In this document: piece after piece, positions 26,562-36,308 of the stretch | Layout: each line of letters starts with the position of its first letter | Position numbering within the stretch: position 1 is the stretch's first letter | Virus record (IMG/VR): IMGVR_UViG_3300021431_000002 | Direction: 5' to 3' (one strand) | Length of the DNA stretch: 64,000 nt | Source of the DNA: a virus | Taxonomy: Duplodnaviria > Heunggongvirae > Uroviricota > Caudoviricetes | Notes under the pieces: model-generated | The model's input: only the letters and a program-made list of their open reading frames with translations | Database searches by the model: none | Told to the model about the DNA's origin: nothing | Program-made: the position numbers and the translations under genes

Positions 26562-27067
26562 AGTTCTTTCAGTTCTTGTAGGAATAATTTATATGAATCG
26601 CCTATACGTTTTGGTTGTTCATTGACCTTAGAGAGTGCATAACCCAGTGCATAATAATCGTATTCTTGTTTTATTTCCCCATGTGCTACGTCAACAGCCT
26701 CTTGTTGTGCTGCTATTAGTCTTTTCTTATATATTGGCGAGATAAATTCTAGTATGGTTTTTTTGTCGTTGGTGATGAGCACATTTCTTCCTTTCATTAC
26801 AATGATGCCATTATTTTCCTCAATGGTTTCAACTTTCTTGACTTTAAATGCTCTATATTCCTTATCGTCCTTTTTTTTGGCTGTAATGTATAATGAGTTA
26901 TTTGTTCGTCCGCTTGTAATGATTAGCACGTCTTTATACATTTCCATAATCGGTACGACAGTTGATGATGTACAGAGGTAATTTTGTCGTATATACCAAT
27001 TGAAAACATCACCTAGTTCTACCACGTATAGTTTTTTTCCTACGCCTTTTTTTGGTCTCCAATTCAT
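26558..27067 (-). CDS. hypothetical protein, paralog array member 5
   Basis: LITNDKKTILEFIS motif. Confidence 0.8.
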   Translation of the reverse strand: MNWRPKKGVGKKLYVVELGDVFNWYIRQNYLCTSSTVVPIMEMYKDVLIITSGRTNNSLYITAKKKDDKEYRAFKVKKVETIEENNGIIVMKGRNVLITNDKKTILEFISPIYKKRLIAAQQEAVDVAHGEIKQEYDYYALGYALSKVNEQPKRIGDSYKLFLQELKEL

Positions 27068-27537
27068 AATTCTTTAATTTGTTTTAGAAAGTCACGATAT
27101 GTTTCATCAATTATCCCCAGAATCCCAAGATAGTAATTGGTGCTAGTAATGTATCGGATTTTTTTAATCTCATCTTCTACTAGTTTCTTTGCCTCTCTAC
27201 AATGTTTCTTATATAGTTCGATAAGTTCTAGTTTTGATGTTGAGACATAGAAATCTTTAAATTTTGCTATGAAGGTATTTGGGCTGGTTTTTGGTTCTAC
27301 TTTCTCTCCTGGTATTAGACTTCCTAACTCAAATACTTGCATCTGGTCATTCAGTGAATATATGAGATATTGTTTCTTATACAGTCCAGTAATAGCGATG
27401 GGGTTAGTGAACATTTTCAAGTCAAACTTTTTGTATTTATGGCTTCCGAATCCCGCATAATAGATTGTATTATTAAAAGGATATATTGTTCTTATATCAA
27501 GCAGATATAGTTTTTTCCCATTAAATGTTTTATTCAT
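27064..27537 (-). CDS. hypothetical protein, paralog array member 6
   Basis: YVSTSKLELIELYK motif. Confidence 0.8.
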   Translation of the reverse strand: MNKTFNGKKLYLLDIRTIYPFNNTIYYAGFGSHKYKKFDLKMFTNPIAITGLYKKQYLIYSLNDQMQVFELGSLIPGEKVEPKTSPNTFIAKFKDFYVSTSKLELIELYKKHCREAKKLVEDEIKKIRYITSTNYYLGILGIIDETYRDFLKQIKEL

Positions 27538-27549
27538 TTCTTATATATT

Positions 27550-27876
27550 TTACAGTTTTGAATAGATAAATTCAAGCATATCTTTTGTTGCCTCATTGGT
27601 AAAGATGTTGCACCACATGCCACGAGAGTTTTTTGCGTTAATTCTCGTCATGTTTTCGTTAGTGGGGTCATCAAATGAAGGTGTGTCGCTTGTAATGCTC
27701 ACGCATACTATTTCCGTGTCTTTGTAACGTGCGTTGATATTGATTCTTCTTGTATATACCTTATCTTCCATTGGGTTATCATCGTTACCAATGTCTTTAG
27801 AAGAATCCACACCGTTTTTAACAATTGTTGTAAAAATTGCTTTTTCAAGTTCGTTTTTATTCATAATGTATGTCAT
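27550..27876 (-). CDS. hypothetical protein
   Basis: 108-aa ORF. Confidence 0.75.
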   Translation of the reverse strand: MTYIMNKNELEKAIFTTIVKNGVDSSKDIGNDDNPMEDKVYTRRININARYKDTEIVCVSITSDTPSFDDPTNENMTRINAKNSRGMWCNIFTNEATKDMLEFIYSKL

Positions 27877-27900
27877 TTAAATGATTATTTGTTTCATTAA

Positions 27901-27988
27901 AGCAGTTCTTTGCTTTTGTTTAACAATCTCTGTTCTATTTGTCCAGCAGTTCTTTGCTTTTGTTTAATAATTGCTGTTCTATTTGCCC
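27901..27988. repeat. 44-bp tandem duplication
   Basis: 27901-27944 and 27945-27988 are near-identical. Confidence 0.85.
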
Positions 27989-28300
27989 ATATGTGCCATT
28001 CACTATTATGTCTACGTCTATACCGAATAATGTTCTACCGTATGGTTGTTCTAGCATAGCTCCCAAGTTCATAAAATTATATATACCATCATCTTTTTTA
28101 TCTAACCAAACTAGAGCCCTCTTTAAGAAAGTATCGTAGTCAATATAGGTTATTTTTCTACCCATTCTATATGCAACATAAACGAGTCTTTTCATTATCT
28201 CATATGCTTCAAGTCCTTTTTCTGTTCTTGTTCTATATAAGATTGCTTTTGTTTTATATAGAGTGTATGAATCGGTTATTTCTTTCCTTATGTCAATCAT
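27935..28300 (-). CDS. hypothetical protein
   Basis: 121-aa ORF. Confidence 0.75.
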   Translation of the reverse strand: MIDIRKEITDSYTLYKTKAILYRTRTEKGLEAYEIMKRLVYVAYRMGRKITYIDYDTFLKRALVWLDKKDDGIYNFMNLGAMLEQPYGRTLFGIDVDIIVNGTYGQIEQQLLNKSKELLDK

Positions 28301-28854
28301 AGAGCCATATCTGCGAATTCCTCATCACTTATTGTCGGTTGTTTTTCTTTATTCTCAGCCCCATTGAGTTTTCCCCAATTAGTGAAACTTGATTTAAAGA
28401 CTGTGCAGAATTTTCTTTTTGCAATTGTTTCTTTTGCGGCAGTTCTTTTTACGTCATATATGATAGTCTCATCATGTAATGAATAGTTATCTGTTTCGTT
28501 TTTGAGTCTGAAATTCAGTTCTGCGATAACAAACCCTTTCAATGTGAAGAAATAGTTTCTTAGTTCATTGAATGCTTCTCTTACCGTTTGTGGTGATAGG
28601 AGTTCCACGTCTATCCACATTTCCGCTTCTGGTGTGTCTTTCAGAGGCATTTCCATTGTATAGTCATCTGTCTTGATAAGGAGTGGCTTAATATGTTTCA
28701 CATGTGCTTCGAACTGCGTTAAATCGAGTTTTCTGAATCCAGTGATATACATATCTTTTTTTATCCTTATCGGTTTAACCTCAATACCAGTCACGAATTT
28801 GTCCAATAATTCATTAAGGTATCTGAAGAATTCATTTATTTCTGTTGCTATCAT
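28297..28854 (-). CDS. hypothetical protein
   Basis: 185-aa ORF. Confidence 0.8.
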   Translation of the reverse strand: MIATEINEFFRYLNELLDKFVTGIEVKPIRIKKDMYITGFRKLDLTQFEAHVKHIKPLLIKTDDYTMEMPLKDTPEAEMWIDVELLSPQTVREAFNELRNYFFTLKGFVIAELNFRLKNETDNYSLHDETIIYDVKRTAAKETIAKRKFCTVFKSSFTNWGKLNGAENKEKQPTISDEEFADMAL

Positions 28855-29167
28855 ATATTATTTTTTTTAGATTAAATATAAGACCCAATTCTTTCAATCT
28901 GTATGATATTTTGAAATAGTCTTCCAAAGACGGTTTTTTAATAGTGTCACCATAGCACCATTTATCTTTATCAGTTACCCCATATTTTGATAAAAAACAA
29001 TAGTATGAATCATGATATTCAATGTGGTTGTATTTTTCTATCAAACAAAGGGCATAAGTATCGTCATATGTTACTATTCGTGGAACTAAATTTTTGACAC
29101 GTTTTAATGACGGGTTTTTTTCTCCATCATAAAAACCTCTGATGTTATATATTCCAGTCATAATCAA
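28832..29167 (-). CDS. hypothetical protein with KP..LKE.G..FN module
   Basis: C-terminal KKPSLEDYFKISYRLKELGLIFNLKK. Confidence 0.7.
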   Translation of the reverse strand: MIMTGIYNIRGFYDGEKNPSLKRVKNLVPRIVTYDDTYALCLIEKYNHIEYHDSYYCFLSKYGVTDKDKWCYGDTIKKPSLEDYFKISYRLKELGLIFNLKKIIYDSNRNK

Positions 29168-29375
29168 GTAATAGTATTTCTTTCAATGCTTTTTTAATTT
29201 TATTCTTTGTGACTCCTTGTGGGAAATTATGATATAGGTATTTGATGACAATGAATTTCTCTTTATCAAAATCATAATATCCTTTCAACAGATTATGTTT
29301 ATCTAGAGTGAGTTTACAGAATATTTTATTTCCGTTTTCATTTGCTCCGATTGTGCTGAATTTATATTTTGGCAT
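29145..29375 (-). CDS. hypothetical protein
   Basis: 76 aa in operon. Confidence 0.65.
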   Translation of the reverse strand: MPKYKFSTIGANENGNKIFCKLTLDKHNLLKGYYDFDKEKFIVIKYLYHNFPQGVTKNKIKKALKEILLLDYDWNI

Positions 29376-29715
29376 ATTTCTTGATATATGGTATTAGGGC
29401 ATCTGAGTAGAATTTAAGCCAATCATGGAGTTGTTTGTTCCCACCCTCGCTAACGTTGGTTGGGTTCAGCATTTCTAATGTATTGTTAATGGCAAATAGA
29501 TTCCTACGAGTCTTCTCCAACAGATTCTTGAGGTCTATATCATCAATCTTATCCAAGTTAGGGCTAATATATGCGTCAGTTAGGTTTAGCACGACTGAGC
29601 GTATGTTAGCCACTTCATGGGATACGTTGCCACTTGTGATTTTCGTTATGTTCTCAGCACTGTCATCTATGGCAGATTTGAGATTCTTCAATACTTCCGA
29701 TATATTTCTATCCAT
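29362..29715 (-). CDS. hypothetical protein (probably leaderless mRNA)
   Basis: ATG 4 nt after the TTTG of promoter 29720. Confidence 0.8.
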   Translation of the reverse strand: MDRNISEVLKNLKSAIDDSAENITKITSGNVSHEVANIRSVVLNLTDAYISPNLDKIDDIDLKNLLEKTRRNLFAINNTLEMLNPTNVSEGGNKQLHDWLKFYSDALIPYIKKYAKI

Positions 29716-29788
29716 AATGCAAATGTATAAAAAAAAATACCCAAAAGCAAAAACTCTTAGGTATTTTATAGTTATTTAACTTTTTTCT

Positions 29789-30241
29789 TCATTCCACTTT
29801 TGATTTTGCCGCTTCTAATAGTTCAGCAGAATGTTCTTTAGCCCACTGTGCGACATTTACTTCTTCTCCTCTTAAATATTGTTGCCAAGCGTCACTAAAT
29901 GCGGTGAATAATGCAGATTCAAAATCTGTAAGTTCTATATATCCATTTTGTTTAATTTCATCCTCTTTTTCTTTGAGTTCTGGAAATATAAGTTCTATTA
30001 ATTCAGCATCGGAAACTGAGTCAGTAATGCTTAAATATGTTTTTGCAAGTTCAATAGCCTTGTCATAGGCTTTTGCTTTTTTCTCAAGCGATGATTCTTT
30101 CACTTCAAGGGTGTCGATGAAAGATAAAAGGGTCTCATAATCTTGATGGAAGCGTTTTCCCATATAAGACCAATTATCATGTGATTTTTTTAATCTCTCT
30201 ATCTCCGCTACTACAGCGTCTTTGTCTATGTATTGTGCCAT
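29789..30241 (-). CDS. mosaic hypothetical protein (MAQYID and KAKAYD modules)
   Basis: Shares modules with 34344, 37619 and 55771. Confidence 0.8.
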   Translation of the reverse strand: MAQYIDKDAVVAEIERLKKSHDNWSYMGKRFHQDYETLLSFIDTLEVKESSLEKKAKAYDKAIELAKTYLSITDSVSDAELIELIFPELKEKEDEIKQNGYIELTDFESALFTAFSDAWQQYLRGEEVNVAQWAKEHSAELLEAAKSKVE

Positions 30242-30256
30242 AACTATTTTTTTTAA

Positions 30257-30526
30257 CTATTGTTTAAATTCGTTTAATATGTCGCATGCTTCTTCTATTG
30301 CTTTTACAGCCTCTCTGTTGTGGCAATATTTAAGTTTTAACATTTTTACTTTTGGCACAAGCCATCCGTATTCATATAACATATCTTTCTCCGCTTGGCG
30401 GTAGCCTTTAGTATAAGCTACTCTTTGGATTCTAGCCTCTGAATTTTCCAAACCATCAACAGTAGGAACACCAGTTGCCTTCCAATCTGGATATAACATT
30501 TTTGCTAAATCTTCTGCTTTACTCAT
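30257..30526 (-). CDS. hypothetical protein
   Basis: 89 aa; GGAG leader. Confidence 0.75.
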   Translation of the reverse strand: MSKAEDLAKMLYPDWKATGVPTVDGLENSEARIQRVAYTKGYRQAEKDMLYEYGWLVPKVKMLKLKYCHNREAVKAIEEACDILNEFKQ

Positions 30527-30546
30527 ATTATTCTCCTTTCTGCACT

Positions 30547-30741
30547 TTAATCATAAGATTCTGCTGTGTAAAACGCTTGTCCACATTCGGGGCAGCGTAC
30601 ATAATATTCCCTATCTCCATTATCCATTGTCTGATAAAAATCATTCTTTAAATCTACATAGACACTCTCACCACAAGCAGGACACCAACATTGCCATTCA
30701 TCGTCCATAGCTCCTTTAAATAATCTTGCTACCATACTCAT
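30547..30741 (-). CDS. Zn-ribbon protein
   Basis: CPAC...CPEC. Confidence 0.7.
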   Translation of the reverse strand: MSMVARLFKGAMDDEWQCWCPACGESVYVDLKNDFYQTMDNGDREYYVRCPECGQAFYTAESYD

Positions 30742-30813
30742 ATATTCTATCCTTTCTGTGCTTTATATTGAAAATAATATAGAAGATGGCACAAATTTAT
30801 TATCATACCCATT

Positions 30814-30984
30814 TTAATCATATTCATCACCTAGTCCCCAATCTGCATCTAATATACATCCTAGCCCGTAGTTATCCATCCATTTTTGGTTATGCCATCC
30901 TCCACTATAGAACCATTCCTTTTCACCTGTTTCTGGGTTTGTTCTTTCCGAGCATAGTCCAAGTGTATCATATATTCCTGACAT
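30814..30984 (-). CDS. small hypothetical protein
   Basis: 56 aa (MSGIYDTLGLC...WGLGDEYD), below the ORF-track cutoff. Confidence 0.6.
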   Translation of the reverse strand: MSGIYDTLGLCSERTNPETGEKEWFYSGGWHNQKWMDNYGLGCILDADWGLGDEYD

Positions 30985-30989
30985 ATTAT

Positions 30990-31331
30990 TTAAAATATTT
31001 TTAAGTTATACATTTTATTTAATTTATCGACCATTTGTTTAAATTGCGTGCCGTGTTGGGCATCATCTTTAATATGGTTATATTTCAAATATAAATGAAT
31101 CATTTCGTGAATCATACAGGTTTTGAATAGTTCCTCATCCAATTCACAGTCTTTTAAATTCGCCTCAGAGAAATCTATTGCATATATTCCTGCTGATGGA
31201 TAATGACAAAATCTTGCATAGCAATTCTTCTCATTAGTGAATCCGAACATTGGTCTTGGAAGTGAATTACCAAAATACCTTATGTTGCATTCATCGAACA
31301 TCAATGACATTGTATACGGTATGATTTTCAT
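30990..31331 (-). CDS. SprT-like zinc metallopeptidase
   Basis: HEMIH plus downstream HG..FK; FN..YF..SLP.P-type N-terminus. Confidence 0.72.
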   Translation of the reverse strand: MKIIPYTMSLMFDECNIRYFGNSLPRPMFGFTNEKNCYARFCHYPSAGIYAIDFSEANLKDCELDEELFKTCMIHEMIHLYLKYNHIKDDAQHGTQFKQMVDKLNKMYNLKIF

Positions 31332-31375
31332 TTATCGCCTTTTATTAAGTTTTTTAAATTCAGTCAACTGATACA

Positions 31376-31633
31376 TTATTCTCCTTTCACATACTTTTTG
31401 AAATCCTCAATAAATCTTTTGTTATCAACATTCATAAATGTATCAACATTAGCGTGTTCCAAATCTATATAATCAGGAATGCATCCATCAAGAAATTCAC
31501 AAGCCCTCTTAATAAAGACATCGGTGCGTACATACTCAACACTCTCATTGCTTGCTGGTCTATGTAACCAAGGACGCAAAAACTCTCTACCACCTATATC
31601 AGGGTGGATATAAATCTTCTCTGGTGCTTCCAT
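31376..31633 (-). CDS. hypothetical protein
   Basis: MEAPEKIYI... ORF. Confidence 0.75.
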   Translation of the reverse strand: MEAPEKIYIHPDIGGREFLRPWLHRPASNESVEYVRTDVFIKRACEFLDGCIPDYIDLEHANVDTFMNVDNKRFIEDFKKYVKGE

Positions 31634-31795
31634 AATCAAATCAATTTTATTTTTGTCGGTAAATTCTTCTGCATTTGCTACAGTATTTTACTCCTTTCTT
31701 AACTAATACTTTATTGCAACCCTCACACAATACCAACCCATTGTCATAGACATGACCTTTTTTTGGACTAAGGATTACATAATACAAGATTCCAT

Positions 31796-32098
31796 TTAAA
31801 TCAAGTTTTTAAGTGAATATTCTAATGATGCTTCAACTTTCTAATCGTGAATTTTACAAGTAAGTACACATATTTTATTATCTTCAATAAAATCTATTCT
31901 AATTCTTTTATTACATATAAGACAGTTATAGCTCCTTAAATCTGGATGCCACTTGCTAAATGGACATTTTTCGAAAATATTCAAATCATTTTTTGAGTAA
32001 ATTTTTCTAATGTTTTTATCTTTATATTCTTTAACTATCATATATTAAATTTTCAACAGTTTTGCGGTTTCAAAACTAACGTATGTTTCTTCTATCAT
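31796..32098 (-). pseudogene. split gene remnants flanking ORF 31841-32041
   Basis: N-terminal fragment MIEETYVSFETAKLLKI* (32045-32098); C-terminal fragment KVEASLEYSLKNLI* (31796-31840). Confidence 0.45.
31841..32041 (-). CDS. small Cys-containing hypothetical protein
   Basis: 66 aa; CPF...CLIC...C. Confidence 0.6.
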   Translation of the reverse strand: MIVKEYKDKNIRKIYSKNDLNIFEKCPFSKWHPDLRSYNCLICNKRIRIDFIEDNKICVLTCKIHD

Positions 32099-32198
32099 AA
32101 TCAATCGATTTTATACATTCATCTAAGCTGATACCACTTTATTAAGAAAATCACGAAAGTAACAAGTTCTAGTATTGTTGCTGTGAACCACATGTATG

Positions 32199-33269
32199 TC
32201 ATTTTGCGTAAGCGTTATCTGGTATATAGTCACTATCCCATTTAACATCTTTTTCGTTTCTGTATAGGCAGACGCATCTTAACCAATTCTCATTGATATT
32301 ATATTTCTTTGAGAGTTTTTGTTTTATGCTATTTACTTCCTTCAAGAGTTCTTTATTTGCCTCAACGTATAGTTCGCACCATTTATTAAGACTATCGTCA
32401 ATAAGGTGTTTTTCTTTAAAGTGGTTAATGACGTAGTTAAAGCCTTGCATTACCTCATCATCAGTTGTATTATATCCTAATATTTTATCGAATGCTTCTT
32501 GTATCTTTTCAGCATCAGGCATTTTATTTTTCCCAAGTTTATCTGAGTACGATAAAAGTATTACAAAGTCTTTGAGGTTTGGTGTTGCTCCAGCTTTTAC
32601 TGCTCTATAGTAGGCATACATTACTGGAGGGAAGTACATTGCATGGAATGTTTCGTGCCCTCTTTCCCATTTATCGTGTGGCTTGAGTTCATTCCATGTT
32701 CTTTCGAATTCTCCGTTTTCAGCGGCTGTAACGAACATGTCTATTAGTGATTTAACCTCTTCTGCGTGTTTGCACAGTGCTTGGTAGTAATCCCAAGGGG
32801 TTAATCCTTTTTTAAGGCAATAGTATTTCTTGTTATCATCCCACTCATCTTTTTTTTCATCGAAGATTTCTGGAAGGTTTTGTTTCCAAAGTCTGAATTC
32901 GATATTATTATATTCTATTCTATTGTCAAAGATTGTTGAAACCTTTTCAAATAGTTCAATATGGTTTTCTAATCCCAATGAGATTGAGCATCCTCCTTTT
33001 GCGGATGTAACATAATATTCCACCTTGAAATACATTGGGTGTTTTTCATCAAGTGGATTTGGTAGATTAAAGTACATATAGACTTCTGCTGTGCTATGTC
33101 TTTTAATTGTATAGCAGTTGTCACAGAATTTATCATTTTCAAGTCTAAAAGTTTTGCATAGTTCCTTAATATTTTCTGGAAAGTCATAATACTTATCAAG
33201 ATTAATTTCCTTGAATTTATTTTTGATTTCTTTTGTCGTTTGTTTTAAGAAAAAATCTGTAATTGTCAT
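32199..33269 (-). CDS. hypothetical protein
   Basis: 356-aa ORF. Confidence 0.85.
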   Translation of the reverse strand: MTITDFFLKQTTKEIKNKFKEINLDKYYDFPENIKELCKTFRLENDKFCDNCYTIKRHSTAEVYMYFNLPNPLDEKHPMYFKVEYYVTSAKGGCSISLGLENHIELFEKVSTIFDNRIEYNNIEFRLWKQNLPEIFDEKKDEWDDNKKYYCLKKGLTPWDYYQALCKHAEEVKSLIDMFVTAAENGEFERTWNELKPHDKWERGHETFHAMYFPPVMYAYYRAVKAGATPNLKDFVILLSYSDKLGKNKMPDAEKIQEAFDKILGYNTTDDEVMQGFNYVINHFKEKHLIDDSLNKWCELYVEANKELLKEVNSIKQKLSKKYNINENWLRCVCLYRNEKDVKWDSDYIPDNAYAK

Positions 33270-33405
33270 AATGTTTTATTTAATATTATTGTTCAACCTC
33301 ATTTTTTAAAACATAATTCCAATCTACGCAAAGTCAACCATGATATTTTTTATATTTTATTCATGCTACTTTTGGTATTTAATATAATCTGAATCCTTAC
33401 GGTAT

Positions 33406-33822
33406 TTAATGGTTATCATACATTCCTTCTGGTGCTTCAATAGCAAGACCCAATTCTATCAGATATTCTCCTTCCATATTTGTTCTATGGTCAAAATGGT
33501 TTTCGTCAAGCCAATTGACAATAGTAAAAGGAGCGGCATGTGCTCTTAGCGAAGTGTATGTACGTTTCTCTTCCTCAGTCATACTTGACATTGGACGAAG
33601 GTATGGTTTACAGTGTTCTAAATCAACCCATTCATCATAGTAATCAGCTTGAATCTCTTTGGTATGAATGTTAATACATTTTATGTTATCATCATCTTTA
33701 TCAGTTACAACTTCTTCATCCGTAGTTTCATTACTATAAGACCAAATGAATTGACATATTACTCCATAAGGCAATCTTGCACAAAGCTCTTTAAGTAATA
33801 GTTCTTTCTCTTCTTGTGTCAT
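33406..33822 (-). CDS. LCARLPYGV-family hypothetical protein, copy 1
   Basis: KELLLK.LCARLPYGV...PYLRPMSSMTEEE...GLA.EAPEGMY. Confidence 0.85.
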   Translation of the reverse strand: MTQEEKELLLKELCARLPYGVICQFIWSYSNETTDEEVVTDKDDDNIKCINIHTKEIQADYYDEWVDLEHCKPYLRPMSSMTEEEKRTYTSLRAHAAPFTIVNWLDENHFDHRTNMEGEYLIELGLAIEAPEGMYDNH

Positions 33823-33830
33823 AGTTTTAC

Positions 33831-34226
33831 TTATTTTATATTATACATTCCTTCAGGTGCTTCAAGTGCAAGACCCTTCTCAATTAGACCACGGTAATCA
33901 AAATGATGAGCATTGAAAAAATCTACTAATAAAAATTCTGTATTCGGGTCACCTTTTCCTGTAAGAACACAGCCATTGCATTCTCCTTGTTTAATATTAA
34001 TATATTCTTCTTTTTCTTCCTCAGTCATACTTGACATTGGACGGAGGTATGGGAACATCCACCTTGAATGACATTTAAAATCTTCATTTTCCCAAGATTC
34101 GCAAAAACATTTATAATCTATTTGCTTAAGCGTCATAGCTAAATCTTCTCCAGCGCACACTTTAACACCATAAGGAATCCTTGCACAAAGGTCTTTTAAT
34201 AGTAATTCTTTATCTTTTTGTGTCAT
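33831..34226 (-). CDS. LCARLPYGV-family hypothetical protein, copy 2
   Basis: Same N-terminal, central and C-terminal motifs. Confidence 0.85.
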   Translation of the reverse strand: MTQKDKELLLKDLCARIPYGVKVCAGEDLAMTLKQIDYKCFCESWENEDFKCHSRWMFPYLRPMSSMTEEEKEEYINIKQGECNGCVLTGKGDPNTEFLLVDFFNAHHFDYRGLIEKGLALEAPEGMYNIK

Positions 34227-34343
34227 AATTCAATCTTTAGATTTCTTTCTAATAGGACAACCAATACATTTTGGGTTGTCGCTTTTACAATCAATTAGGC
34301 AATCCCAAGAGAATTCTATTCCACATCTTGCTATAGGCATAAT

Positions 34344-36116
34344 TCAAAGTTGTTTAAGTTGTTCATAGAGTTCTCTAAGTACATCATTATTAAAATATCC
34401 AGCTCTACCTTTTGAAACTGCTGCCCCAAGTTGTGTGAGTTGCGCTTCAGTTGGCTTCCAAGTGGTATGAGGTATGATGGAATTCTTTAGAATACAATCA
34501 ATTGCAGCATGCCAGCCATCATCAAATGTAGGCTCACCACTATGATATTCAATTTTATCAAGGGCATCATTATAAGCATCTTTCTTTGCTTGAGCAAGCT
34601 CTTCATCAGTAATATTGTTCTGAGGTCGGAGTGATTTAATAAATTGTACTTCTTTTTGTGCTTCATTGAATGATTCATCATCAAATGGAGATTTAATACG
34701 AGGATAATCATATAAATTCTGGCAAATTTTATTTATCATTTTCTTATCCTCTTCAACCCACTCTTGTTTTGGTTGTACTCTGTCTTTAAGGGATTTGAAC
34801 CAAGATATAAGTTTTTCTTTACTATATCCATAAAACATTTCTTGATTAGGATAACTTTTAATTATTAAAGGAATTGCCCATATCATCTTTTCATCCTCTT
34901 CACTCCAAGCAGATTTCTGCTCAATCTTCTTCAACTCTTTCTTTTCAGCGTCCCACTCATATCCAGCTTCTTTCATCTTTTGAAACAAGAGACCATGCTG
35001 TTCTATTGTAGCAGGAAAGACTTTTTCATATGTCCACCCACTATCATTATACTTACTACAATCATAAAAATCGTCAATACTATCAATGCCACAATATGCA
35101 ACTGGACTGTCTGGGTTATCTTTATCTGTCAGTCCTCTGAAAATAAACGGTCTACCTTTTTCTGTGCTAAGTATATCACCATCCTTCGCATCTTGGATGG
35201 TCCAAAGATGAAAATAGGACTCACAAAATTTCTTTGATAGTTCATGCGTCTTTTCATCATCACAATACTGTACTATATAATTCCCTTTATCGTCTATGCT
35301 TATAATTTGACATGGTTTTTTTTCTAACACAATCCATTCACCTTTATGGAATTTTGGTTCAACCTTCTTCAACTCTTTCTTCTCGAAATCAAAGGTGTAA
35401 CCTGCATCAGCCATTGCTTCCATCAGAGTATCACGCTGTTCTTTGGTGGCTGGACGAGTATTAGCTTGTTTATGGCTACCACCAATACTAAAACCTCGAA
35501 GTTTGCCATCACATCCAAGATAGATATAAGAATTCCAATAAAGACCTTCTATTTCTTTATGGATACCTATGTTATTATCTTCATCTACAAGCACATCGCC
35601 TGCCCTTGCATCTTCAACAGTCCAAAGATGCATTTCATTCTGTTTTTCGATTGGAAAATAGCAATGCTTATATTTAATGACAAAATTAGATGCTTGATAG
35701 TTCTTACCGTCAAAACTATCTATATGCCAAGCATCACCAAATCTATTAACAACCCACTCACCTTCGTGAAACTTCGGTTCAACCTTCTCAACAGACTTCT
35801 GCTCAATATTACCAAATCTTTTCTGTAACTTCTTAGCAATTTCTTCTGTAAATGGACTATCAATATACTGTCCCATGCCTTCTTTTTCAGTCCAAACTGC
35901 GTCAACAATGTATTTCCAAGTTCTGAGGTCGGAGAAATCTGTAGCAAGATTCTTCTCACCTTGCTTTTCAAGCCAAGTATCAATATCTTGCATTAAAACA
36001 TTATTAGCGTCAAGAATTTCTCTTATTTCATCACTATCTGTAAGTAAAATATCAGATATAATTTTTCTCATCCTCTCATCCTCGTCATAGGCTTTGGCTT
36101 TTTCTTCTGTAGTCAT
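34344..36116 (-). CDS. large mosaic repeat protein
   Basis: 590 aa; two PKFH.GEW...LWT..DA..GD...PAT.EQ...AGY..D.EKKELKK units plus WSEEDE/WVEEDK units. Confidence 0.88.
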   Translation of the reverse strand: MTTEEKAKAYDEDERMRKIISDILLTDSDEIREILDANNVLMQDIDTWLEKQGEKNLATDFSDLRTWKYIVDAVWTEKEGMGQYIDSPFTEEIAKKLQKRFGNIEQKSVEKVEPKFHEGEWVVNRFGDAWHIDSFDGKNYQASNFVIKYKHCYFPIEKQNEMHLWTVEDARAGDVLVDEDNNIGIHKEIEGLYWNSYIYLGCDGKLRGFSIGGSHKQANTRPATKEQRDTLMEAMADAGYTFDFEKKELKKVEPKFHKGEWIVLEKKPCQIISIDDKGNYIVQYCDDEKTHELSKKFCESYFHLWTIQDAKDGDILSTEKGRPFIFRGLTDKDNPDSPVAYCGIDSIDDFYDCSKYNDSGWTYEKVFPATIEQHGLLFQKMKEAGYEWDAEKKELKKIEQKSAWSEEDEKMIWAIPLIIKSYPNQEMFYGYSKEKLISWFKSLKDRVQPKQEWVEEDKKMINKICQNLYDYPRIKSPFDDESFNEAQKEVQFIKSLRPQNNITDEELAQAKKDAYNDALDKIEYHSGEPTFDDGWHAAIDCILKNSIIPHTTWKPTEAQLTQLGAAVSKGRAGYFNNDVLRELYEQLKQL

Positions 36117-36119
36117 AAT

Positions 36120-36308
36120 TCAAAACTTTATTTCTTTATAATTTTCTTCCTTACACCTTGGGCAAACATAAGACCATCCAATAGATTCTTCGTCTTCCCA
36201 TTGATTTAAATCTTCTACTTTGCTATTGTGCAAATGAGCACCACAATGTTGACATACAAAATATCCCATAATCACAGTATATTTATTGTTCTTGCTTTTT
36301 ATTACCAA
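36120..36308 (-). CDS. Zn-ribbon protein
   Basis: CQHC...CPRC. Confidence 0.65.
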   Translation of the reverse strand: MVIKSKNNKYTVIMGYFVCQHCGAHLHNSKVEDLNQWEDEESIGWSYVCPRCKEENYKEIKF

